A stretch of 64,000 nt of DNA from Pseudomonadota bacterium (GTDB lineage: Bacteria; Pseudomonadota; Alphaproteobacteria; Sphingomonadales; CAKZYD01). The position numbers were made by a program, and so were the translations under genes. The notes beneath the pieces were generated by a model that searched no databases, was not told the DNA's origin, and saw only the letters and a list, made by a program, of their open reading frames with translations. Positions 1 through 9,373 of this stretch are shown one piece after another (positions within the stretch are counted from its first letter, which is position 1; every line of letters begins with the position of its first letter). Location of the stretch: NCBI GenBank assembly GCA_039814715.1, contig JBCCAR010000001.1, forward strand, positions 11,692-75,691, in the 5' to 3' direction.

Positions 1-201
1 GACGCGCAGGGCATTTAAGGGCAAGAGGGCGCGCTTCACCTTCGCTTCGTCTCCGTTCCGCTTTGAGCACAGTTGCTTCCTGCGGTGTTTGGACGTGCTT
101 GGCCTAAAAATCAAGCGACAGACAATTGCGCTAAATTGGCAACAGCAGCATGGAATTTATGCTGAAGAGCCAAGCTTTTTAGTCCATAAGGTGCCTGCGA
201 A

Positions 202-229
202 TTGACACGCGGCGCTTTGCGCGTAGTGT
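202..229 (+). promoter_or_regulatory. candidate sigma70-type promoter of the DEAD-box helicase gene
   Basis: TTGACA (202-207), a 16-nt spacer, then TAGTGT (224-229), about 30 nt upstream of the ATG at 259. Sequence match only. Confidence 0.3.
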
Positions 230-258
230 GCGCGGCGAAATCCGAAGAGAGCGACCGT

Positions 259-1599
259 ATGAGTTTTGACCTTCTTGGTCTAAGTGATGAGTTATTAAAG
301 GCTGTTTCTGAAGCGGGCTATGAAACGCCAACGCCAATCCAGAAACAGGCCATTCCGCCTGTGCTCATGGGCCAAGATGTTCTTGGCATTGCGCAAACCG
401 GGACAGGCAAAACCGCATCCTTTGTTCTTCCCATGCTGGACGTGCTTGCTCAGGGCCGCAGCAGGGCCCGTATGCCACGCTCGCTGATCTTAGAACCGAC
501 ACGCGAGCTTGCAGCGCAGGTAGCTGAGAACTTTGAAAAATACGGCAAGTACCAAAATTTGACGATGGCACTGATCATTGGCGGTGTCTCCTTCAGTGAT
601 CAAATCAAATTGCTCGACAAAGGCGTGGATGTGCTCATCGCAACGCCGGGACGTTTGCTGGATCAGTTTGAACGCGGCAATGTGATGCTGACCGGGGTCG
701 ATATCTTCGTGATCGACGAAGCCGATCGGATGATGGACATGGGCTTCATCCCCGACGTAGAGCGCATCGGTACCCTCATGGCGCAGCGGCACCAAACATT
801 ATTTTTCTCGGCAACAATGCCGCCCGCGATCAAGCGCCTCACAGACAAATTCTTAAATGATCCCAAAGTCGTTGAAGTGGCGCGCCCAGCACAGACCGCA
901 ACCAATGTGAAGCAGTATTGCATGTCCGTTGGTCCGCGCGACAAGCGCGAAGCCCTGCGCGACATTCTAAATGATGACCCGGACGCCACGGCGATCATTT
1001 TCTGTAATCGCAAACGCGATGTCAGCGTTTTGGAAGGAAGCCTTAAAAAACACGGCTTTTCTGCTGGGCAGCTGCACGGCGATATGGACCAACCAGCCCG
1101 CACGGCCATGCTTGAGAAATTCCGCTCTGGCGACGTCAAAATCCTAGCAGCCTCCGATGTGGCAGCCCGCGGGCTTGATGTGGCGGCTGTCTCTCTCGTC
1201 GTGAACTTTGACGTTCCAATGCACCCAGATGACTATGTGCACCGCATTGGCCGCACCGGCCGCGCTGGGCGCAGTGGCAAGGCAATCACCTTTGTTAGCC
1301 GCAGCGATGAAGAAAACTGGGAAGACGTGATCAAATTGATCAAAGTCGATGTGGAAAAGATGGAGCGCAGCGGCGCTAAACCAGCGAGAGCTAAAAAAAC
1401 AGACAAGACAGAAAAAACCGCGGACAAACCAGCGCGCCGGTCTCGCAAGTCTCAGGATGAAAAAGCAGAGGCTGTCCCTGCAGCGCCGCGCAAAACGGGC
1501 GCAACCAAAGCTGCGTCCAGACGCCCTGCCCGCAAAGAAGAAACTGTCGTTGGACTAGGCGATCATGTGCCTGACTTTTTAAAAGTACCGCCCCGCTAA
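259..1599 (+). CDS. rhlE: DEAD-box ATP-dependent RNA helicase (RhlE-like) with a basic K/R/A-rich C-terminal tail
   Basis: Motifs present: Q-motif region TPTPIQ, Walker A AQTGTGKT, DEAD box VIDEADRM, SAT, and HRIGRTGRAG. ATG at 259 (MSFDLLGL) is preferred over the ORF-track TTG at 202. Confidence 0.9.
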   Translation: MSFDLLGLSDELLKAVSEAGYETPTPIQKQAIPPVLMGQDVLGIAQTGTGKTASFVLPMLDVLAQGRSRARMPRSLILEPTRELAAQVAENFEKYGKYQNLTMALIIGGVSFSDQIKLLDKGVDVLIATPGRLLDQFERGNVMLTGVDIFVIDEADRMMDMGFIPDVERIGTLMAQRHQTLFFSATMPPAIKRLTDKFLNDPKVVEVARPAQTATNVKQYCMSVGPRDKREALRDILNDDPDATAIIFCNRKRDVSVLEGSLKKHGFSAGQLHGDMDQPARTAMLEKFRSGDVKILAASDVAARGLDVAAVSLVVNFDVPMHPDDYVHRIGRTGRAGRSGKAITFVSRSDEENWEDVIKLIKVDVEKMERSGAKPARAKKTDKTEKTADKPARRSRKSQDEKAEAVPAAPRKTGATKAASRRPARKEETVVGLGDHVPDFLKVPPR

Positions 1600-1699
1600 C
1601 CCGACCGCCACCTCCTCAAAGCTGATAGTCAATCGCAGCTTCCCATAGCGTATGCACAGGCCTAATGTGCGGCCAAATCGCTAATTGAGGAGATATTCC

Positions 1700-2512
1700 A
1701 TGTCTGAGCTGCACGCTACATTTGAGATAAACGGCGACGGCGTCGGCGTCTTGACACTGAACCGGCCGGATACACTCAACGCGGTCTCCAATCAAATGCT
1801 GAGCGAGATTCGCGGCTATCTGGACATATGCGAAGACCCGGATGGCGGGGTGCGCTGCCTTCTCATCACCGGCGCAGGCCGCGGCTTTTGTTCTGGCGCT
1901 GATTTGGCGGGCGGCGGTCTGCCCGATACCTCTGATCCAAGCGCGATGAAGACGATCGATTTAGGCAAGACCCTGGAACGCGACTACAACCCCATCATTC
2001 AGCGCTTAGCAGCGCTGCGCGTACCTGTCGTCACAGCTGTGAACGGCGGAGCAGCGGGCGCTGGCTGCAGCCTTGCCATCGCGGGCGACATCACTATTGC
2101 AGCGAAATCAGCATACTTCCTGCAAGCCTTCGTCAACATCGGCATCGTGCCCGATGCTGGCAGCTCATACTTCCTTCCGCGCCGAATTGGCGAAGCGCGC
2201 GCCACTGCGATGATGATGCTGGGCGAGAAAATCCCAGCAGAAACCGCGCTCGATTGGGGCCTCGTTTATGAGGTTCAAGAAGATGATGCCCTTATGGAGC
2301 GCGCGCTAAAAATCGCCACCAAGCTCGCCAAGGGCCCCACACGCTCGCTCGCTATGATTAGAGAAATGGCCAACAAATCGCTCAGCAACTCCATGAGCGA
2401 ACAGCTTCAACTCGAACGCGTTTACCAGCGTGATGCAGGCCGCGGGCCTGAATTTAAAGAAGGGGTATCAGCTTTCCTTGGAAAGCGAAAAGCGGACTAC
2501 ACCAAGTTTTAA
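1700..2512 (+). CDS. enoyl-CoA hydratase/isomerase (crotonase) family protein
   Basis: Crotonase signature: LNRPDTLNA...ITGAGRGFCSGADL...VTAVNGGAAGAGCSLA. GAGGAG Shine-Dalgarno lies 7 nt upstream of ATG 1700. Confidence 0.85.
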   Translation: MSELHATFEINGDGVGVLTLNRPDTLNAVSNQMLSEIRGYLDICEDPDGGVRCLLITGAGRGFCSGADLAGGGLPDTSDPSAMKTIDLGKTLERDYNPIIQRLAALRVPVVTAVNGGAAGAGCSLAIAGDITIAAKSAYFLQAFVNIGIVPDAGSSYFLPRRIGEARATAMMMLGEKIPAETALDWGLVYEVQEDDALMERALKIATKLAKGPTRSLAMIREMANKSLSNSMSEQLQLERVYQRDAGRGPEFKEGVSAFLGKRKADYTKF

Positions 2513-2592
2513 GCTTCGCTATCATGCTATTGCCTGCACTTTAAAATAACGACAGTGTGATGTCAGGACATGACTGTGCAAAGGACGTCGGC

Positions 2593-3657
2593 ATGAAATT
2601 TGGTGTTTTTCTGCCCAATGGCAGCAATGGATATATCGTCTCAAAAGCCGTTGAGCCATATTTGCCAACGTTTGAACACAATCTCGCTATCACCAAAGAA
2701 GCGGAAAAGCAGGGTCTCGACTTCGTCCTGTCTATGATGAAGTTTCGCGGGTTTGGGGGCGATACTGGCTATTGGGACGCCTGCTTAGAGACATTTACAC
2801 TGATGGCCGGCCTTGCAGCGGCCACTGACCGCATAGGACTTGTGCCCAGTGTCACGTTGCTAACGCAGCACCCAGCCTATGTGGCGCGGATGATGGCAAC
2901 GCTTGATGATATTTCTAGCGGTCGGTGCGCACTGAACATCGTTACGGGTTGGAACAAGCCGGAATACACCCAAATGGGCCTTTGGCGCGGCGACGAATAT
3001 TACGACAAGCGCTACGAGCTCGCAGCTGACTATGTGACCATCCTGAAAGACCTATGGGCGAACGGCAAAACGACCCACAAAAGTGAATACTATGATCTTG
3101 AGGATTGCAGCTGCTTGCCCACACCAAAGCATGATATCGAAATCGTTAGCGCCGGCCAATCACCCAAGGGCGTTGAGTTCGTGGCTGCCCAAGCGAACCA
3201 GAACTTCGTCATGGCCCAACCAGAAAAGCTGAAGACGATCAGCGAAAGCCTAAAGGCAAAGGGCGGAACCCATGGACGCACGGTCGGGACCTACGCTTTG
3301 TTTGGCTTGATTACGGCCGAGACAGATGACGCTGCGCAAGCGGAAGGTCAGCGGATCATCGCGCAAGCCGATGAAGGCGCAATCGCCAACATTCTGTCAA
3401 GCGCAAGCCTGGATACAAATGCCGACGGCACCGCCGAGCGTCTGCGATCCGCACTATCTGTGGGCCTAGAAGACGGAAACCTCGCCTTCATGGGCTTTCC
3501 GGTGCTGTGCGGCTCGCATGAGACGGTCGCAAAAAAGATTGATACCATTGTCGCCGACACCGGCATTGACGGCATGCTCTTCAGCTGGGCTGACTTTGTC
3601 GGCGGCCTGACGGACTTTGGCGAAAACATCAAACCGCGGCTGAACTGCCTGACCTAA
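2593..3657 (+). CDS. LLM-class (luciferase-like) flavin-dependent monooxygenase, RutA-like
   Basis: [16 protein letters not shown]...PTFE...MKFRGFGG...FTLMAGLAA...[15 protein letters not shown] closely follows the pyrimidine monooxygenase RutA sequence as I recall it. AAGGA lies 7 nt before ATG 2593. Confidence 0.85.
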   Translation: MKFGVFLPNGSNGYIVSKAVEPYLPTFEHNLAITKEAEKQGLDFVLSMMKFRGFGGDTGYWDACLETFTLMAGLAAATDRIGLVPSVTLLTQHPAYVARMMATLDDISSGRCALNIVTGWNKPEYTQMGLWRGDEYYDKRYELAADYVTILKDLWANGKTTHKSEYYDLEDCSCLPTPKHDIEIVSAGQSPKGVEFVAAQANQNFVMAQPEKLKTISESLKAKGGTHGRTVGTYALFGLITAETDDAAQAEGQRIIAQADEGAIANILSSASLDTNADGTAERLRSALSVGLEDGNLAFMGFPVLCGSHETVAKKIDTIVADTGIDGMLFSWADFVGGLTDFGENIKPRLNCLT

Positions 3658-4646
3658 ATAAGCCCACCCAGCGGCGAAGAAGGATCCGCGTAGCGCTTGC
3701 GCGCCATGCGGCCTGCTTTATAAGCCAAACGCCCGCTGATCGTCGCCAGCCGCATGGCATGGGCCATGGCGACTGGATCCTTCGCTTCTGCAATCGCTGT
3801 ATTCATGAGCACACCGTCGCAGCCCAGTTCCATCGCTTCAGCAGCGTCCGAAGCCGTCCCAACGCCAGCATCGACAAGCACGGGAACACTTGCCTGTTCA
3901 ATAATCAGGCGAATATGCACCGGGTTTTGAATGCCAAGACCCGACCCAATGGGCGCGCCCAGCGGCATGATCGCAACAGCGCCCATCTCTTCAAGCTGCT
4001 TGGCGGCAATGGGGTCATCATTGCAGTAGACCATCACATCAAAGCCCTCTTTGACCAAGATCTCTAGTGCTTTGAAGGTCTCTGGCATGTTGGGATAAAG
4101 CGTTTTTTGATCCCCAAGAACTTCAAGCTTTACCAAATTCCAGCCGCCCGCCTCGCGCGCAAGACGCAGCGTTCGCAAGGCATCCTGTCCAGTAAAGCAC
4201 CCAGCTGTATTGGGCAGATAGGTCACTGCTTTGGGATCGAGGAAATCCATCAACACTGGTTGATTAGGGTCGGTCACATTCACCCGGCGCACGGCGACCG
4301 TTACAATCTCAGCGCCAGAGGCTTCGACCGCGTCTTTGGTTTGGGCAAAATCATTGTATTTGCCTGTGCCAACGATCAAACGCGAGCCAAAGGTGCGACC
4401 AGCGATCACCAAAGGTTCATCAGCCGGTGTTTTGTCCGTCATGCCGCCACCCACAAAATGTACGATCTCAAGTTGATCTCCTTCAGCTAAGATGGTTTCT
4501 TCATACTGAGACTTAGGAACGATCTCTAGGTTTCTCTCAACAGCTACTTTTTTAGGATTGAGCTGCATTTCATCGAGCAGCGCTAAAAGCGGCTGCTGAG
4601 CGGTGATTTGGCGGTCCTCGCCATTCACTTGTATTATGACTGCCAT
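3654..4646 (-). CDS. thiG: bifunctional sulfur-carrier protein ThiS / thiazole synthase ThiG (in-frame fusion)
   Basis: The N-terminal 68 aa are ThiS-like and end in VGGG. They continue in frame (GGC GGC ATG ACG, about 4440-4451) into a ThiG TIM-barrel ([19 protein letters not shown]...LKLEVLGD...[10 protein letters not shown]). Start taken at MAVIIQVNG. Confidence 0.85.
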   Translation of the reverse strand: MAVIIQVNGEDRQITAQQPLLALLDEMQLNPKKVAVERNLEIVPKSQYEETILAEGDQLEIVHFVGGGMTDKTPADEPLVIAGRTFGSRLIVGTGKYNDFAQTKDAVEASGAEIVTVAVRRVNVTDPNQPVLMDFLDPKAVTYLPNTAGCFTGQDALRTLRLAREAGGWNLVKLEVLGDQKTLYPNMPETFKALEILVKEGFDVMVYCNDDPIAAKQLEEMGAVAIMPLGAPIGSGLGIQNPVHIRLIIEQASVPVLVDAGVGTASDAAEAMELGCDGVLMNTAIAEAKDPVAMAHAMRLATISGRLAYKAGRMARKRYADPSSPLGGLI

Positions 4647-4782
4647 AACGTCTGGCCCACTTCCTATCAACGCAAAGACACGCGAAGCGTAAAAGCCCCT
4701 TCCAGTCCATACCGCCTGTGTTTATAGAGTGGCCATGCCGCGTCAAGTAGCGGCGAGAGTTGTTTGGACCTTGGCCGAGCTT

Positions 4783-5229
4783 ATGACGAAAACGCCGCCG
4801 CGCATCACGGTCATCCATGGACCCAACTTAAACATGCTTGGCCTGCGCGAACCAGAGATCTACGGGAGCAGCACACTTGACGATGTAAACACGGCTATCA
4901 TGGATCATGCGAAAACCCTTGAGGCGGACGTGTCAGTGATGCAGTCCAACAGCGAAGGCGATATCATCGACGCTGTTCAAGCGCTAAGAGGCAACTGCGA
5001 CGGTCTGATCATAAATCCCGGCGGCCTGACGCACACGTCCGTTGCGCTGCGCGACGCTATTTCAGCAAGCGAGGTGAAGACGATCGAGGTTCATATCTCA
5101 AATATTCATGCGCGCGAAGCGTTCCGTGCTACCAGCTATATTTCGGGCATTGCCGCCGGGGTAATTTGCGGCCTTGGCATTAAGGGCTACCTTTACGCCT
5201 TAGACGCACTCGCTAAAGACAAAATATAA
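4783..5229 (+). CDS. aroQ: type II 3-dehydroquinate dehydratase
   Basis: ITVIHGPNLNMLGLREPEIYG...INPGGLTHTSVALRDA...EVHISNIHAREAFR. Classic aroQ-accB-accC synteny. Confidence 0.9.
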   Translation: MTKTPPRITVIHGPNLNMLGLREPEIYGSSTLDDVNTAIMDHAKTLEADVSVMQSNSEGDIIDAVQALRGNCDGLIINPGGLTHTSVALRDAISASEVKTIEVHISNIHAREAFRATSYISGIAAGVICGLGIKGYLYALDALAKDKI

Positions 5230-5260
5230 TACGCCACCATCGTTCAGGAGCAGGGGACAC

Positions 5261-5716
5261 ATGGCCAATAAAAAAGTCGATATTGAATTGATTCGAGAGC
5301 TGGCAAAGCTCCTGCAAGAAACGGATTTGTCTGAGATAGAGATCGGTGACAATGCAGATCGGATCAAATTAGCGCGGCATGTCTCCGCCGCGCCCGCCGC
5401 TGCTGCACCTGTAGCGGCCCCTGCCCCGATTGCTGCGCCGACCGCCGAGCCCGCTGAAGTGCCAAGTAAACCGGTTAACCTAGAAGGCGCTGTCTCCTCC
5501 CCCATGGTTGGCACTGCGTATTTGGCGTCCGAACCTGGCGCTGCGCCCTATGTGCGCGTTGGCGATAAGGTGTCTGAAGGCGATACACTGCTCTTGATTG
5601 AAGCCATGAAGGTGATGAACCCGATCACGGCGCCGCGCTCAGGCACCGTTTTAGAAGTGATTGTCGAAAACCAGCAGCCGGTTGAATTCGGCGAACCCCT
5701 TGTTGTCATAGGCTAA
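5261..5716 (+). CDS. accB: acetyl-CoA carboxylase biotin carboxyl carrier protein
   Basis: Ala/Pro-rich linker followed by the biotinyl-lysine motif EAMKVMN. Located directly upstream of accC. Confidence 0.95.
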   Translation: MANKKVDIELIRELAKLLQETDLSEIEIGDNADRIKLARHVSAAPAAAAPVAAPAPIAAPTAEPAEVPSKPVNLEGAVSSPMVGTAYLASEPGAAPYVRVGDKVSEGDTLLLIEAMKVMNPITAPRSGTVLEVIVENQQPVEFGEPLVVIG

Positions 5717-5720
5717 GGCC

Positions 5721-7064
5721 ATGATCAAAAAAGTTCTCATTGCCAATCGCGGCGAGATTGCGCTGCGCATCCACCGCGCTTGCCGAGAAATGGGCATCAG
5801 TACGGTAGCCGTTCATTCACAAGCGGACGCAGGCGCAATGCATGTACGCCTGGCGGACGAGTCGGTCTGCATAGGACCGCCGCCGAGTGCTGAAAGTTAT
5901 CTGAATATCGCCGCTATTATTTCAGCTGCTGAAATTTCAAACGCGGACGCGATCCATCCCGGCTATGGCTTCCTGTCAGAGAATGCGAATTTCTCAGAAA
6001 TCGTCGACGCACACGGCATCGCGTTCATCGGCCCAACGGCGGATCATATTCGCGTCATGGGCGATAAAGTGGCTGCCAAAGAGACCATGATCAAGCTTGG
6101 GGTGCCAGTGGTCCCTGGTTCTGATGGCGCGGTTAATAGCGTCGAAGAGGCTGAAGCGATTGGCAAGGACATGGGCTACCCTGTCCTGATTAAAGCGGCA
6201 GCGGGCGGCGGCGGGCGCGGCATGCGCGTTGTCCATCATGCAAGCGAAATGGCAAGCGCATTTGGCCAAACCCGCAGCGAAGCGCGCGGCGCCTTTGGCG
6301 ATGATACCGTGTACATTGAGAAGTACCTCAAAGCCCCGCGCCATATCGAATACCAAATCCTAGCCGACACCCACGGCAATGTGATCCATTTGGGCGAGCG
6401 CGATTGCTCGCTTCAGCGCCGCCACCAAAAGGTGCTAGAAGAAGCGCCCTCGCCTGTTTTGAGTGAAAAGCTGCGCGCAAAAATGGGGACCACCGTTGCG
6501 AACGCGATCCGCAAATTAGGCTATCGAGGCGCGGGCACCATAGAGTTCTTATACGAAAACGATACGTTCTACTTCATTGAAATGAACACGCGCCTGCAAG
6601 TTGAGCATCCTGTTACCGAGATGATCACAGGGCTCGATCTCGTCCGCGAACAAATCCGCGTCGCCTCCGGCGAGAAACTAAGCGTTACGCAGAAAGAGGT
6701 CACCTTATCAGGCCATGCGATTGAGTGCCGCATCAACGCAGAAGACCCAAAACTCTTTACGCCTTCCCCCGGCAAAGTGACTGAGTATCACCCGCCAGGC
6801 GGGCTTGATGTTCGGGTCGATTCGGGCCTTTATGCAGGCTATACTGTGCCGCCTTACTACGACAGCCTGGTTGCGAAACTCATCGTCCACGGCAAAAATC
6901 GCAGTGATTGCATCATGCGGCTGCGCAGGGCTTTAGAAGAATTTGTTATTGGCGGGGTAAAAACCACTATTCCTCTGCATCAGGCATTGCTTGAGGATGA
7001 AAGCTTTTTAGAAGGCGACTATGACATTCATTGGCTCACAAAATTTCTTGAAAAACAGCCCTGA
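5721..7064 (+). CDS. accC: acetyl-CoA carboxylase biotin carboxylase subunit
   Basis: [34 protein letters not shown] and [16 protein letters not shown] define an ATP-grasp biotin carboxylase. Confidence 0.95.
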   Translation: MIKKVLIANRGEIALRIHRACREMGISTVAVHSQADAGAMHVRLADESVCIGPPPSAESYLNIAAIISAAEISNADAIHPGYGFLSENANFSEIVDAHGIAFIGPTADHIRVMGDKVAAKETMIKLGVPVVPGSDGAVNSVEEAEAIGKDMGYPVLIKAAAGGGGRGMRVVHHASEMASAFGQTRSEARGAFGDDTVYIEKYLKAPRHIEYQILADTHGNVIHLGERDCSLQRRHQKVLEEAPSPVLSEKLRAKMGTTVANAIRKLGYRGAGTIEFLYENDTFYFIEMNTRLQVEHPVTEMITGLDLVREQIRVASGEKLSVTQKEVTLSGHAIECRINAEDPKLFTPSPGKVTEYHPPGGLDVRVDSGLYAGYTVPPYYDSLVAKLIVHGKNRSDCIMRLRRALEEFVIGGVKTTIPLHQALLEDESFLEGDYDIHWLTKFLEKQP

Positions 7065-7070
7065 CGCCGT

Positions 7071-7718
7071 GTGGAATTAACGACTGATCTTTTGCTCAAG
7101 GCGTATGCCAGCGGCCTCTTTCCCATGGCTGAAAATGCCCGGAGCAGAGACTTGTATTGGGTTGAGCCCAAGCACCGCGGTATCTTGCCGCTTGAAAGTG
7201 TCCACATACCGCGCCGCCTCGCCAGAACGATTAAAAAAGCGCCCTATGAGGTGCGCTGCGATACCGCGTTTCGCGATGTGATGCGCCTGTGCGCGCAGCC
7301 TTTTAGCAACCGCCAAGACACCTGGATAAACCCAGAAATATTGCGCCTTTATGGCGAGCTTCATGATATTGGCAGTGCCCATAGCGTCGAGTGCTGGTCA
7401 GGCGGCAAACTTGTTGGCGGCCTTTACGGTGTGCGCATCGGCGGGGCTTTTTTTGGCGAAAGCATGTTTCACCGCGCGACCGATGCCTCGAAAATAGCGC
7501 TCATGTATCTGGTCGCCCGGCTGCGCGTTGGCGGCTTTCAATTGCTGGACACCCAGTTCACCACAGACCATCTGGAGCAGTTCGGCGTTATCGAGATTGC
7601 GCAGGAGGCCTATAAAGAGAGGCTCATGGACGTTCTGCCAACACAAGCCGACTTTTACCGGCTTTCGCCCAACGTATCGCCTGAGGTGGTTTTGCAGTCC
7701 GTGACCCACAGATCATAA
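7071..7718 (+). CDS. aat: leucyl/phenylalanyl-tRNA--protein transferase
   Basis: LLKAYASGLFPM...WVEPKHRGILPLE...VGGLYGVRIGGAFFGESMFH...LLDTQFTTDHL. GTG start. Confidence 0.9.
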   Translation: MELTTDLLLKAYASGLFPMAENARSRDLYWVEPKHRGILPLESVHIPRRLARTIKKAPYEVRCDTAFRDVMRLCAQPFSNRQDTWINPEILRLYGELHDIGSAHSVECWSGGKLVGGLYGVRIGGAFFGESMFHRATDASKIALMYLVARLRVGGFQLLDTQFTTDHLEQFGVIEIAQEAYKERLMDVLPTQADFYRLSPNVSPEVVLQSVTHRS

Positions 7719-8053
7719 ACAGGATGCTCAAGCGCGTTGAGCGATGGTGAGGATGCAAACATCCACCCGCTGAAGACTTGCGTATCGCCCGGCTCGCCAG
7801 TCCGCTCTCTTATTTGCAAAAACGCGGACACTTCAGGGCGCTCAGTTGGCGGAGCCTTCTCGCACGTCTGCGCCGTGATCGTGAGCAGACCAAACCTGGC
7901 CGGTTCTTTGGTAGACACTTCAATCGTGCGCGCACGGCCGACAATTTTGTCAACGCCGCGCAAAACCACAAAGCGCTCTTGCTCTGGTGCTTGAGCTGCG
8001 GCAGTTACTGCAGCCGCGGCAAACGCTAAGAGACTAAAAACCCGAATCATCAT
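7655..8053 (-). CDS. DUF2155 domain-containing periplasmic protein
   Basis: Signal peptide followed by RGVDKIVGRARTIEV...FGLLTITAQTCEKAPPTERPE...HPVYDLWVTDC. It occupies the position typical for alphaproteobacteria, downstream of mlaD and NDUFA12. The 3' end overlaps aat convergently by 64 nt. Confidence 0.7.
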   Translation of the reverse strand: MMIRVFSLLAFAAAAVTAAAQAPEQERFVVLRGVDKIVGRARTIEVSTKEPARFGLLTITAQTCEKAPPTERPEVSAFLQIRERTGEPGDTQVFSGWMFASSPSLNALEHPVYDLWVTDCKTTSGDTLGESR

Positions 8054-8501
8054 CGGACCCGCCCGACGCGAAAACCGCCCGGCTCACAAGATCAATCAAA
8101 TCAACGGAGCCTTGGGTTTCAGAAAATGTATCGCCTGGCTGCAGCAATTCATCCGCTCCGCCAGGAATGATTTTCAAATAGCTGCCGCCAAGCAAGCCTT
8201 CGCTGGCAATCTTAACGGCGCTATCTTCTGAAAGCGCGACGCTGTCATCGATCGTAAAATCGACCACGGCTTCAAAATTCCCCATGTCCAATTCTTGCGA
8301 GACGACTGTGCCCACCTTCACGCCAAAGACTTTCACATCTGAGCCAACGCTGAGACCGTCAATAGCGGTAAAACCAGCGCGGTAGACAGAGCCGCCACCA
8401 GCTGACAAGTCCGTGTTAGCGTAGACGTAAGAGACAAAAAAGCCCGCTACGACGACGACAATCAATCCGATGATTGCTTCGAGAACATTGCTCTTGGCCA
8501 T
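8034..8501 (-). CDS. mlaD: MlaD (MCE) family outer-membrane lipid asymmetry maintenance protein
   Basis: N-terminal TM helix (AIIGLIVVVVAGFFVSYVY) followed by a single MCE domain (GLSVGSDVKVFGVKVGTV). Confidence 0.8.
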   Translation of the reverse strand: MAKSNVLEAIIGLIVVVVAGFFVSYVYANTDLSAGGGSVYRAGFTAIDGLSVGSDVKVFGVKVGTVVSQELDMGNFEAVVDFTIDDSVALSEDSAVKIASEGLLGGSYLKIIPGGADELLQPGDTFSETQGSVDLIDLVSRAVFASGGSDDDSGF

Positions 8502-8516
8502 ACGTTTGTCCCTACA

Positions 8517-8906
8517 TTAGCTCTCGGGCGACCAAGCTTCGTAGTCACCGCTAGACGTTTCGCGTGTGCCTGTACTGGCAAGCGATCCAGGCGGAAAATA
8601 GGCGCCATCTTTGCCCGTCAAATTCGGCACATGATCTTTTTCCCAAGATTTCACAACTGGTGGACGCTCACTTGGCGGCTCTGGGACCGTATAATGGAGC
8701 CAGGCATGCCATTCAGGTGGAATACGCGAGGCTTCAATTTCGCCATTATACATGACCCACCGGCGTTCTTGTTCGCCGCTACGTCGGCTGCGATAATAGC
8801 GATTGCCTTGGTCATCTTCGCCAACCTTATCGCCATGACGCCAGGTATGCAGGGCGGTGCCGACGGTCGAATCATGCCACCACGTGAAGATACGTGCGAA
8901 GACGCT
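8517..8906 (-). CDS. NADH:ubiquinone oxidoreductase subunit NDUFA12 family protein
   Basis: FTWWHDSTVGT...GEDDQGNRYY...RRWVMYNG..EASRIPPEWHAWLHYT is the bacterial NDUFA12 pattern. Start taken at MSVFARIF. Confidence 0.8.
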   Translation of the reverse strand, partial: SVFARIFTWWHDSTVGTALHTWRHGDKVGEDDQGNRYYRSRRSGEQERRWVMYNGEIEASRIPPEWHAWLHYTVPEPPSERPPVVKSWEKDHVPNLTGKDGAYFPPGSLASTGTRETSSGDYEAWSPES

Positions 8907-9067
8907 CATGTGTTTTGCCTGTGTCCTTTGGGTCAAACCCTCTTGCCGCGTTCTACAACACTTTTCGAATATTTCCAGTTAAAGCGGTATGAAGCCGCAG
9001 GAAATAACATTCTTCCATTTCATTCGACTCAAAATTTCTATGCCTCTTGTGTGCCAGGCGCTGTCAA

Positions 9068-9158
9068 CCACAAGATATTGAAAAAACCTGTTGCGTTAAC
9101 CATCGGTCTGCATACTATCTGTTGGGCGCTCCGGAGAGGCGCCCACCATATGTTGCGT
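9068..9158 (+). promoter_or_regulatory. candidate NrdR operator (2-3 NrdR-box-like sites) upstream of nrdJ
   Basis: Compared with the NrdR box consensus acaCwAtATaTwgtgt, ccACAAGATATTGaaa (9068-9083) and ccACCATATGTTGcgt (9143-9158) each match about 11/16. gCATACTATCTGTTGg (9110-9125) is weaker at about 9/16. Centre-to-centre spacings are about 42 and 33 bp. A GGGCGC/GCGCCC hairpin (9124-9144) lies between boxes 2 and 3. Confidence 0.35.
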
Positions 9159-9373
9159 ATCTGTGACGGGTGTCCGCTGTTTTAAAGCAGCACCGGAGTT
9201 TGGAACAACATTTTATAGATTGGCACGGATTTCGGTCGGTGCGCAGCCTTCAAAAGAAGCCGCGTACAGACCTCAGGAGCAAAGTCTCTTAATTCCGCGC
9301 CTCACAGCAAACCCATGTGGGCCGCAATAAAGCAGGGCCCCACTGACGAGAACAAAATTAAGGGGCATTAGGA

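Noticed and set aside
4647-4782. Expected TPP riboswitch upstream of thiSG
   Set aside because: I read the minus-strand leader and found no THI-box elements (no CTGAGA or ACCTGA-type cores). An Infernal scan is still needed for certainty.
8631-9185. 184-aa plus-strand ORF spanning the NDUFA12-like gene and the nrdJ upstream region
   Set aside because: It is antisense to a recognisable gene for its first half, and the rest lies in the regulatory region. No motifs.
9180-9373. Possible cobalamin riboswitch in the nrdJ leader
   Set aside because: No B12-box-like element is visible. B12 riboswitches usually repress B12-independent enzymes rather than the B12-dependent RNR.
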